Source of the DNA: Somniosus microcephalus
Taxonomy: Eukaryota
Assembly: GCA_052327205.1 (NCBI GenBank)
Contig: CM126217.1
Span: 77,004,001-77,068,000 of the forward strand
Reading direction: 5' to 3'
DNA length: 64,000 bases
Under the pieces are notes generated by a model. The model was not told the DNA's origin, made no database searches, and worked only from the letters and a program-made list of their open reading frames with translations. Shown here piece after piece: positions 50,481 through 61,239 of this stretch; the first letter of the stretch is position 1; every line of letters starts with the position of its first letter. A program made the position numbers and the translations under genes.

Positions 50481-52637
50481 ATGGCAACGCCAGAGAAGGC
50501 CCGTCAGCATGCCCTGCGCTTCTCAGAGGGTGATCTGGACATAATGGTCACAGCTCTGGAGGTGAGGCGCAAGATCTTGTTCCCAGAGAGTGGGAGGAAT
50601 CCAACCCACCACGACTACACCAAAGCCTGGAAGCAGATCGCCCAGAGGGTGACGTTCACCGGCGATGCCCCCAGGACCCACAAACAATGTCGTAAAAAAT
50701 ACAACGACCTGACCAGGATTGTCAGGGTGAGTACCCTTTCCAGTCTCCTCCTCATTCTTGCATGTACACCTGACATGATGGGCAAAGGGAGCTGAAAGTC
50801 CTATTGGCCAGCCCTCAGCCAGCAGCATTGGGACAGTCATGAGCATCAATTGGCCATTCGGCACTCTACACTCTGGCCAAGCTATTCCACCATGGGAGGC
50901 TGTGCACACTACATCAGGGCTTCACTCTGTCCAAGCTATTCCACCATGGGAGGCAGTGCACACTACATCAGGGCTTCACTCTGGCCAAGCTATTCCACCA
51001 TGGGAGGCAGTGCACACTACATCAGGGCTACACTCTGGCCAAGCTATTCCACCATGGGAGGCAGTGCACACTACATCAGGGCTTCACTCTGGCCAAGCTA
51101 TTCCACCATGGGAGGCAGTGCACACTACATCAGGGCTACACTCTGGCCAAGCTATTCCACCATGGGAGGCAGTGCACACTACATCAGGGCTTCACTCTGG
51201 CCAAGCTATTCCACCATGGGAGGCAGTGCACACTACATCAGGGCTACACTGCGCACTTACAGCCCGTCCTTTCTCTTGCAGGCTAAAGTAGCCTTTAATC
51301 GCCAGGCCCGTGCCAGGGGTGGCCGCGCCAAGCTGCAGAAGCTCACTCGGCTGGAGGAGCACGTGTGTGTGCTCATGGGAGCCTGTGTGCTCGTCCCCAC
51401 AGCATGCGGAGTAGCCGACCCTCCACTGCCCGGCAATGGTAAGGACCTCGCCTTTTGGCCCTCTCGCGTCGCACTGGCCCATCCGAGCTACCTCCTTTGC
51501 CACTGTCCCACCAATGCGCTGAATGCCACCAGTCCTAACTCCCTCGCTGACGCCGTCTCCTCACTCTGAAACTACTCTTGTGCATTCCTGCTTTCAGCTG
51601 GTGACGACCAGGACCCTGAAGCTGCCAGTGACAGCACCTCCGAGCAGGAGGAGGAGGAGGAGCAAGCCGGACCATCGGGGGAACAGTCACGTCCCGCAGG
51701 AGAGGAGGAAATGCTTGATACCTCCTCACTGGACGAGTGCCTGGAGGAACTGTCGCAGGGCAATGCAGCTTCTGGGACCAGTGGCGTCCAGCCACCCAGG
51801 AGCCGTGCGCGTGGCCCGCGGCCTTCCCCCCAAAGGGGGCAAGGATCAGAGGGGAGTGCTGCTGATCGGCACACTCGCCGCCACCAACGTGGCAAGGGTC
51901 CCCTAGTTCGGCCCCCTCCTCCCCAGCGGGAGAGTCGCGACTCCAGTCCGGACACCTTCACCTCGGAGGAGGTGCGGAAGCTGGATAAGATGGCCGAGGA
52001 TTCGGACCGGCGCCACACGGAGCTCATGAGCGTGGTGGGGCGCATGCCTGAGGCCATCGAGTCGCTGGCGACCAGTGTGCGCGAGTTCGGGGCAGCAACT
52101 GCCGCGAGTGGCCGCATGCTGACTGATGCCGTCAAGACCCTGGCGGATGTGATGCGGGCACACACCAGGACAACAGGGGCACTCACTGCTGCCACACGCG
52201 CTGTCTCAGGCAGGCATCGCCAGGGCAGCCGCCGCGCTGGACCATCCCAGCAAGCCGCCCCTCGGCTGATTGTTGCGGATCCTGCAGTGCGGGCCCGGCC
52301 GAGTGCCACCGTGCCACAGCACCAGCCAGCGCATCCCAGATGCCAGCTGGCCCACATTGCACCATCCGTCGCCGCCATTCCCCCACTGGGGCATCAAGGG
52401 CAAGCGGCTGCAGCTGATGGTGGCCAGGCTCAGGTGCGCCACTCAGCAGACGGCCCCTCGAGGCCCAAACGCCGTGTAGGCCGCCCCCCAGCGGCATCTG
52501 GCGGAAGGGCATCTGAGCCTCAGGCGCCTTCCCCCAGCCTCGCAGCAGCCACTGGGCAGAGCTTGCGAAGGAGCAGCAGGCCGGGCAGGGGAGGCAAAAG
52601 GCTGGGCAAGGTCTCGCCCTCGCGGGCCACTCAGTAG
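50481..52637 (+). CDS. Myb/SANT-like DNA-binding protein (NAIF1/MSANTD type), 3 exons: 50481-50726, 51282-51438, 51598-52637; about 480 aa
   Basis: RFSEGDLDIM...AWKQIAQRV...RTHKQCRKKYNDL trihelix signature. GT-AG introns (GTGAGT..TTGCAG; GTAAGG..TTTCAG) give one open frame of 1443 nt. Confidence 0.85.
50866..51250 (+). repeat. 7 x 54-bp tandem array in intron 1 of the Myb gene
   Basis: Unit CACTCTGGCCAAGCTATTCCACCATGGGAGGCAGTGCACACTACATCAGGGCT(T/A), nearly identical copies. Confidence 0.95.
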
Positions 52638-53000
52638 AGGGTGTGGGCAGCTTTCCTTTTATATGGCGGTGGCCATCTTTATTTTGCCCATGGTTGTGTT
52701 GTTGGAGGGCTTATTTTTTACGTTAGGCCGACGTTGAGGCCCGGTTTGAAGAAATGTGGAGTGACTCCTCCCCAGTTTGTGGGAGTGAGTCGTTTGTTGG
52801 GCTTTTTGTGGGGCCCGTTTATTGTTTTTGGGGATTCATGTGGGAAGGGCTTTTCATTTTTGTGCAATAAATAATTATCTTTATTCATGCAGTCTCCAGG
52901 GTTGTTCTTCTTAGTGTTTGTTGGCTTCGCCGGCTGAGGGCTTGCGGAGCGGCTGCATTCATCTTCCCTCATGGCCCCTGGCCATTCCCTGACAGGGGGC

Positions 53001-54152
53001 TTAGAAGTACCGTGTAATAAGGTGGCGTCGTGCGGCCCTTGGCCCTGGTCGCTCCCTCCTGGGAACGTACTCCTGCTCCTCCTCCTCCTCCTCCTCATGC
53101 TCCTCCTGCTCCTCCTCCTGAGGTGCTGGTCCAACGTCAGGTGGCAGTGCCTGAGTCCTGCGGATAGCCAGGTTGTGTAGCATGCAGCAAACCACCACAA
53201 ATTGGGAGACCCGGTCCGGCGAATACTGGAGAGCTCCTCCAGAGCGATCAAGGCAGCGGAACCACTGCTTGAGGACCCCAATAGTTTGCTCGATGATGTT
53301 GCGGGTGGTTTGATGGCTCTCGTTGTAGGCCTCTTCAGCAGCGGTCCTGGGCGCGCGGAGCGGGGTCATGAGCCAGGTGCACAAAGGATAGCCTTTGTCC
53401 CCGAGTAGCCATCCTCTTGGGGGAGGCTGTGCCTGGAACATGTCATGCACAGTACTCTGCCGCAGGATAAATGCATCGTGGCTGCTGCCTGGGAAGCTGG
53501 CATTGACTGCCATGATGCGCTGCTTGTGGTCACACACCAGCTGCACATTCAGAGAATGGTAGCCCTTCCTGTTGCGATACTGCTCGCCATGCTCCAGAGG
53601 GGCCCGCAAAGCCACATGCGTACAGTCAATGGCGCCCTGCACCAAGGGGAATTCCCCGAGTCTGGAAAATCCCAATGCGCGCTGATGCTGGCTCTCCAGG
53701 GCCATGGGGAAGGAGATGAATTGGCTTCTCCTTCTGAACAGTGCTTCGGTCACCTGGCGGATGCAGCGATGCGCGCCGTACTGGGAGATGTTTGCTATGT
53801 CCCCAGCAGCGTATTGGAAGGAGCCGGTGGCATAGAAGTTCAATGCCACCATCACCTTCACTTCCACCGACAGAGACGTCCTGCACCTGAGCTTTGGCCG
53901 CAGATCTCGGCGAAGCAGGTGGCAGATCTCTGCAATCACCTCCTTTCGGAATCGGAGCCTTTTAACACATCGCGCGGCACTCATGTTTAGGTAGGAGCGC
54001 TGCTGGCGGTATAGCCTGACTGGGTAAGGCCTACGTGGCCGACGCCTGTAGCCCCCTCTGCCTCTAGCCAGGGCTGCCCCTCTCACAATGCGTCTGCGAG
54101 CCCTACGGACATGGAGCTGCAGCTCCGCGTTGGCACCCCATGCAACCCCCAT
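53001..54152 (-). CDS. Harbinger (HARBI1-like, DDE_Tnp_4) transposase, 383 aa from ATG 54152
   Basis: GAIDCTH, NRKGYHSLNVQ, PGSSHDAFI, LGDKGY, RNIIEQTIGVLK and CCMLHN motifs; uninterrupted ORF. Confidence 0.95.
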   Translation of the reverse strand: MGVAWGANAELQLHVRRARRRIVRGAALARGRGGYRRRPRRPYPVRLYRQQRSYLNMSAARCVKRLRFRKEVIAEICHLLRRDLRPKLRCRTSLSVEVKVMVALNFYATGSFQYAAGDIANISQYGAHRCIRQVTEALFRRRSQFISFPMALESQHQRALGFSRLGEFPLVQGAIDCTHVALRAPLEHGEQYRNRKGYHSLNVQLVCDHKQRIMAVNASFPGSSHDAFILRQSTVHDMFQAQPPPRGWLLGDKGYPLCTWLMTPLRAPRTAAEEAYNESHQTTRNIIEQTIGVLKQWFRCLDRSGGALQYSPDRVSQFVVVCCMLHNLAIRRTQALPPDVGPAPQEEEQEEHEEEEEEEQEYVPRRERPGPRAARRHLITRYF

Positions 54153-54864
54153 CAAATCCTGGCAAACACTCAAATTTCCAAAAGGCCACTTGCAGCGCTC
54201 TGGCCTGAGTCCAAAAATACCTGAGCTCTTGCTGCTTGAAACCAGTTAGCTATCCTCCTTGTTGTGTCTCCAGAAATGCGTTGCACAAGAGTGTTTTCTG
54301 AAAAAAGGCTGGCCTTTATACTGGAGAGCACGTCCCCTTTAATTTGCGCCCCCCGGGGCCCGCGCTGGTTGTGTTGCGTTCCTTTTTCCAAACGCTCCGG
54401 CCGCCAGCCGCACAATGGGGCGGTCTGACTGAAGTTTGGAATCGGGGCGGCCAAAGGGCGTTGCACGAGGATGTGACGTCATTTTCTGCGCGCGCATCCG
54501 GGCGGGCGCTAAACTTTGCGCCGGCGCTAACGGGCAACTTAATTTGGGGCGGGGCGCAAACTGCGCTGCGCACGGGCGCTACACGCATAGCGCCCGAAAA
54601 TCACTTCTCTTAAGGCGCTAACTGCTGGCGCTAGCAACTGAAAGTCTAGCCCTGTATCTCTAGTCCAATAGAAATATTAAAAAGCGCTCTCTCAGAACAG
54701 TACAATGTTTCATTCAGTTGAAGTTTGGAATGTGCAGTGTCAGTGGTTTTCTTCAACGTCACTGTATGTTTGTAGTTATGGTGGACTCACTAATTCCTAA
54801 GGTATTGGGGAAAAGTCAGTAACATTAATGATGTTGGGTGCTGCCAACTTAAGGGTAACTGGCA

Positions 54865-56510
54865 ATGCTGCAGACGATTAAAATCACTAAGGAGATGGTA
54901 CTCAGTAAAATAATGGGACTTAAGGCGGATAAATCCCCCGGACCTGATGGCTTACATCCTAGGGTCTTGAGAGAAGTGACGGTAGGGATTGTGGATGCAT
55001 TGGTGATCATTTTCCAGAACTCCCTGGACTCAGGAAAGGTCCTGGCAGATTGGAAAACTGCTACTGTAACACCCTTATTTAAGAAGGGAAGTAGACAAAA
55101 AGCTGGAAACTATAGACCAGTTAGCCTAACATCTATGGTTGGCAAAATGTTGGAGTCCATTATTAAGGAAACAGTAACAGAGCATTTGGATAAACATAAT
55201 TTAATAGGACAGAGTCAGCATGGTTTTATGAAGGGGAAGTCATGTTTGACAAATTTGCTCGAATTCTTTGAGGATGTAACATACAGGGTGGATAAAGGGG
55301 AACCAATGGATGTAATGTATTTGGACTTCCAAAAGGCATTTGACAAGGTTCCACACAAAAGATTACTGATCAAGATAAGAAATCACGGGATTGGGGGTAA
55401 TATACTGGCATGGGTGGAAGATTGGCTATCTAACAGAAAACAAAGAGTTGAGATAAATGGTTCATTCTCGGGCTGGCAATCAGTAACTAGTGGTGTTCCG
55501 CAGGGGTCAGTGCTGGGACCCCAACTTTTTACAATCTATATTAACGATTTGGAGGAAGGGACCGAGTGCAACATATCCAAGTTTGCCGACGATACAAAGA
55601 TGGGAGGGAAAGCAGTGAGTGAGGAGGACATAAAAAACCTGCAAAAGGACAGACAGGCTAAGTGAGTGGGCAGAGATTTGGCAGATGCAATATAATGTTG
55701 GAAAGTGTGAGGTTATGCACTTTGGCAGAAAAAATCAAAGAGCAAGTTATTATCTAAATGGAGAGAAACTGCAAAGTGCTACAGTACAAAGGGATCTGGG
55801 GGGTCCTGGTGCATGAAACACAAAAAGTTAGTATGCAGGTACAGCAGGTGATCAGGAAGGCCAATGGAATCTTGGCTATTATTGCAAGGGGGATGGAGTA
55901 TAAAAACAGGGAAGTCTTGCTGCAGTTATATAGGGTATTGGTGAGGCCACACCTGGAATACTGCGTGCAGTTTTGGTTTCCATATTTAAGAAAAGATATA
56001 CTTGCTCTCGAGGCGGTTCAGAGAAGGTTCACTCGGTTGATTCCGGAGATGAGGGGGTTGACGTATGAGGAAAGGTTGAGTAGGTTGGGACTCTACTCAT
56101 TGGAGTTCAGAAGAATGAGAGGCGATCTTATCAAAACATATAAGATTGTGAGGGGGCTTGATTGGGTGGATGCGGGGAGGATGTTTCCACTGATGGGTGA
56201 GACTAGAACTAGGGGGCATAATCTAAGAATAATGGGCTGCGCTTTCAAAACTGAGATGAGGAGAAACTTCTTCACTCAGAGGGTAGTAAATCTATGGAAT
56301 TTGCTACCCCAGAGAGCTGTGGAAGCTGCACCATTAAATAAATTTAAAATGGAGATAGACAGTTTCCTAGCAGATAAGGGAATTAGGGGTTACGGGGAGA
56401 GGGCAGGGAAGTGGACGTGAGTCTAGATTCGGATCAGCCATGATCCTATTGAATGGCGGAGCAGGCCCGAGGGGCCGTATGGCCTACTCCTGCTCCTACT
56501 TCTTATGTTC
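54865..56510 (+). pseudogene. 5'-truncated CR1 LINE (RT and 3' UTR)
   Basis: ORFs 54865-55665 and 55758-56420 with RT motifs; frameshifted. Confidence 0.93.
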
Positions 56511-56748
56511 TAACAGGGATATTATGGCCGGAATTGTCTGCTGAACCTGTAGCACCTCAGCCATTACTTTTAAGTTATAGCAAAATAATTCAGATATTTG
56601 AAGGGTAGCACCTACTCCACATTAGCAATTATCTTTTTGCTGGCATGTAACTCCTGCTACATAATCAATTTGAGTCAGATATGCTTCTTTGAGCCCTTTT
56701 ATAGTTGTTTTGGCAATAATAAGATGAGTTTCAAATGAGTCAATGCTA

Positions 56749-58815
56749 CAACAACCACTTGCATTTATACAGTGCCTTTAATGTGGAAAAATATCTCCAG
56801 GCAGTTTCCAGAAATGTAATCAGACAAAAATGGATGCTAAGCCAAAGAAGGAGACTTTGCGGAGAGATGGTGTGGGGTGGGGGAGATGGCGGGGGGTCCG
56901 GGGATGGATAACCAAAAGCTTGGTCAAAGAGATGGGTCTTATGATCTTAAAGGAGTCAGGGAGGATGGAGAGACAGAGCGGATTAGGGAGGGAATTCCAG
57001 AGCATATGGCCGAGATAGCTGAAGGCATGGCTGCAAATGATGAGGCATGCTCAAGAGGCCAGTGTTTGAGGAGCATAGAGTTTGAGGGAACACAATAGCA
57101 AAATACTGCGGATGCTGGAAATCTGAAATAGCAACAGAAAATGATGGAAATACTCAGCAGGCCAGGCAGCATCCGTGGAGAGAGAAACAGAGTTAACGTT
57201 TCAGGTCTGGGACCCTTCATCAGAACTGGAAAAAGCTGGATATGTAACAGGTATTAAGCAGGTGCAGAGATGGGGAGGGGGTGGGGGGTTAGGAGGGGAG
57301 GAAGGAATTGAAAGAACATACTGTGAAAATGTTGCAAATGGGAATGGCAAAATCATACAGCATGAAAAATGGGGGCAGGGATTATTATCTGAAATTGTTG
57401 AACTCGATAGAGTTTGAGCGGTTGTATGGCTGGAGGAGGTTATAGTGATAGGGAAAGGCGAGGTCATGAATGAATTTAAACACAAAGAAGAGAATTTTAA
57501 ATTGGAGGTATTCAGGGATCATGAGGCAATATCAGTTAGTAAGGACTGGGTGAGGAGGAGTTTGTGCAGGATAGGATATAGGGAGCAAAGGTTTGAAAGA
57601 GAGGAGTTTATGGAGGGTGAAGGATGGAAAACATTGGAATAGTCGAGTCTGGAGGTGACAAAGGCATGGAAAATGGTTTCAGCAACAGATGGACTGTGGC
57701 GGGGTGGAGGCAGGCAATGTTACAGAGGTGGACGTCAGCAGTCTTTGTGATGGAGAGGATATGGGGTTAGAAGCTCAACACAGGGTTGATGCCGAGGCTG
57801 CGAACACTCTGGTTCAATCGGGGAAGTGATGGAATCGGTGACAAGGGTATAAAGTTTGTGACGGGGGCCAAAAACAATGGCTTCAGTTTTCCCAATGTTT
57901 AACTAGAGGTGATTGCTCATCCAACACTGGGTGTCGTATAAGCAGTCTGTCAACACCGAGGCAGTACAGGGGTCGAGAGAGTTGATGGAGAGGTTGAGCT
58001 GGGTCACTATACATGATAAAACTGACCTCGTATCTTACAATTACGTCACCAGGGGGCAGCATGAAGATGAGGACTAGGGGCGGGCCAAAGATAGATCCTT
58101 GGGAGACTCCGGAGCTGACAGTGCAGTGCCGGGCAGAGAGTCCATTGCTGGAGATGCTGTGGCCATGATTAGATAGGTAAGAATGGAACCAATCGAGGGC
58201 AGACCCACTAAGCTGGATAACGGAGGAGAGGCATTAGAAGAGGATGGTGTAGTTGATCCTGTCAAAGGCTGCACTATGATCACAGTCACAGAGGATGTCA
58301 TTTGTGACTTTGATAAAGGCTATTTCAGTGCTGTGTCAGGGGCGAAAACCTGATTGGAAAGATTCAAACATGGAGTTGCAGGAAAGATGAGCATAACAAT
58401 GCATTCAAGGACTTTGGAGAGGAAAGGAAGGCTGGAGATGGGATAGTAGTTTACAAAGACAGAGAGTTTAAGTGTGCATTTTTTGATGGGGATGATAATG
58501 GTGATTTTGAAAGAGAAAGTGACAATGCTTTAGAAGAGGTAACCAGTTGCAATGTCAGCTAGTATGGGGCCAGGAAGGGAAGCTGGGTGGTCTGTAGTTC
58601 AGTAGTAATGGGGTTAAGAGAGCAAGGCGTGGGTCTGATGGACAAGATGAGCTCGGAGAGGGTTTGAGGGGAGTTAGGTGAAAAACTAGAGAACGAAGCG
58701 GGTTGAGGGCTGGGGCAGGCGGGTGCCTGGGGAGGAGGTTTAGTCTGTTGGGAAAAGGCGAAGGGAGGGGGAAGCTGCAGAGGCAGCTGAATTGATATCC
58801 TCAATCTTACCATCA
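56749..58815 (-). pseudogene. Degraded L2 LINE with an inserted Penelope-type fragment (~57093-57420)
   Basis: L2 tail at 56749-56790 and an RT remnant GAGTCTCCCAAGGATCTATCTTTGGCCC. Confidence 0.65.
57191..57228 (-). ncRNA. Candidate minimal type I hammerhead ribozyme
   Basis: Minus strand AGTT-CTGATGA-AGGGTC-CCA-GACCT-GAAAC-GTT-AACT has both core boxes plus stem I and stem II pairings. Confidence 0.55.
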
Positions 58816-61239
58816 AACATTAACGTTGACATGTGTCAATAGAAATTGCATGATTATTTGTTTCACCATTTTACCCAATAATTATGAGCTCAATACGTTT
58901 TTCAGTACTTTGGAATAAAACATTATCGCTAGTGATAGCTGGTGAGTGAAAACTTCTAATTGGAGTTAAGTACAGTTTTTGTACATTGTTACTACTTTGT
59001 ATTTAGGAGAATCGACCTCTTGTTAACTCTCCTTGTACTGTAATTCCCTGACTGACCAGAAGTGTCACTGCTGAATAGAGTTGTATTCAACTTACTGTTA
59101 CACAATAGAATCAACAACGAAAGTTTACAGCGCCGAGGGTGGCCAATCAGATCATTGCTTCCTTGTCACCTATTTGCAAGAACAAGCCAAAACTAATCCC
59201 ACTCGCTCCCCCCCATAGCCCCATATCTACCTCTACTATAAATATTTATCCAAATATTTGCATTTCAAAATAATAATTGAATACCGAGTAAGATACTAAT
59301 TCATTGGTTGCTCATAAATTAGCCTTTTCCATCTGCAGTGTATTTATCCAATTTCGATTGGGCCTCGGACCTACCTGTTCCCTCCGCCCAGTTCGCGCTG
59401 ACAGGCCGCCCCTATCCAATTTCTACTTTGTAGCCTCTCCAATTCTGCAAAACTATCAATAATCAACTATGGGGTAGAATTTACTCCACCGAATCCCAGT
59501 TGCTATATTCTGCATTTCTCAAATCCCTCCTTTCAAGAGCCTTCTCAAAACCTTCCACTTTACTTCCAATTCTCACCTTTCCCCATTCTGTGTATACTGT
59601 ATCTCTTTCCTCCTTATTGTAAAACACTTTAAGATGTCGCCCTGCATGTGATATAAATGGAAGTAGTTGTTCTTGTAAAACACAGTGAACCGTGTGAACT
59701 CAATAAAGCAACTAGTTTTACCTGATAAATGCTATTACTGCCAGCAAGCCATGAGAATGATCAGCAGTTTAAGGCTCCAGCCACTGTAAAATCAAGGTAA
59801 AAGTCATTATTTATTGACACGTAACTTGAATGCACAAAGCTTCTGAACAACAATTGTTCTATTGACTGAACATTTTTGACAAGAACGTACGACATTTCAA
59901 AGCTTGCATCATTGCCTAAGGCTCACAATTTCCTGACGCTGTTTTGCTATTAAAAAAAACAATAGCCCAAAAATTCCGTAACTGGTCAATGAATGGTGCC
60001 TGCTGTTAGTTAGACTTACCCTTACCCGTTTAATCTCCATGATATTTTGCATGGCAAGTTGCTGGTAGTGTGAGATGGAAAGGACATGGCACCCTCTACA
60101 GGGCATCTGGGATCTGAGTGAACAGGGCAAGCAACTGTGTATCTCCTCAACCAATCAGATTGAAGGATTTTGAAATGAACAGCGCAAGGTCTGAACAAGG
60201 AAGTGTAAGTTAGAATGGTGAATTCAATGTCATCAGGTACAGAAAGAGAAATAAAGAGAGGGAAAGAAAGATTGGATTAAGAGAGAGAGAGAAAAGAGAC
60301 AGAAAGAAAAAGTTAAAAAAAAGAACATTTATTAAAAAAAAATCTCCAACAACAATTAAAACCTGAAGGAATGAGACTCTGCACTTATAGTAGTTAATTT
60401 TCAGTGTCAGAGACGTTGACTGGCAGTAATCTTATCACATCGTTAAAAGGGTGCTTGGACTTGAAATGACTTGATTTAACTTTCTGTGGCAAGTTTACTT
60501 CATATCTACCATGCAAGTACAGGAATTTCACACCACTCAATTTGAATGAGGAGCCAGACAACGAGATTTGCTTTCGCAAAGCTAACGGCAGAACGGCGCA
60601 TCTCCAACAGCAACTCCTCAATTTCCACGTTTAATTGTGCATCTGCCTTTGCCTGAAGTTGCTGTGGCATTTGCACTTAAACAATGGCGAATGCTATTAG
60701 CCTCACCGTTATTTTGACAGCAACTCTTGGGCCAACATCTTTTAAAAGTGTAACCTTCCATACAATGGCATTTATTAAGAATTAAATGGAACAGATGCAG
60801 TCAAGCATTGCGTTATCTCTAAGAGATCAAAACCTTTGAATTGCTGCTGTCAACACATAAAACATTGCTCTAAATAACTGTTTGTACATCCCGCATCATT
60901 CGATGCACCCATTACATCAGAAATACTAGTTCATTTTCCATGGTGTTGCTCATGGACCAACATTTTAAAAACATTTCTGCAACACTTTGTTGCATACTAT
61001 ATCAAGAAAGCAGATGGATATTCATTCGAATTATATAGATTTTCACAAATAAATGCTGCCCTTGCAATACCTCCCAACTCTGCGGCCCCAGCACAGGCAA
61101 CAGATGCCCCACCGCCCCGCCTCCACATCACATCAGCATCTACAGTTGCCTGTCTATTTGTTATCTGCACTCAATTACTTCAGGTTTGCTTATATGCATT
61201 TTAAAAGGTCAGCCTTCCTAGGAGTTTGTATTATTTATT

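Larger units (their letters stand above)
50127..54652. mobile_element. Autonomous PIF/Harbinger DNA transposon
   Basis: 16-bp TIR GGGCTAGA(T/C)TTTCAGT, flanks TTT/TGT, convergent transposase and Myb/SANT genes. Confidence 0.93.

Noticed and set aside
50866-51250. CRISPR-like appearance of the 54-bp array
   Set aside because: Units are contiguous with no unique spacers, there are no cas genes, and the context is a eukaryotic intron.
53001-54173. Domesticated host gene HARBI1 (with NAIF1)
   Set aside because: Both genes lie within TIRs with subterminal repeats, which indicates a transposon rather than a host locus.
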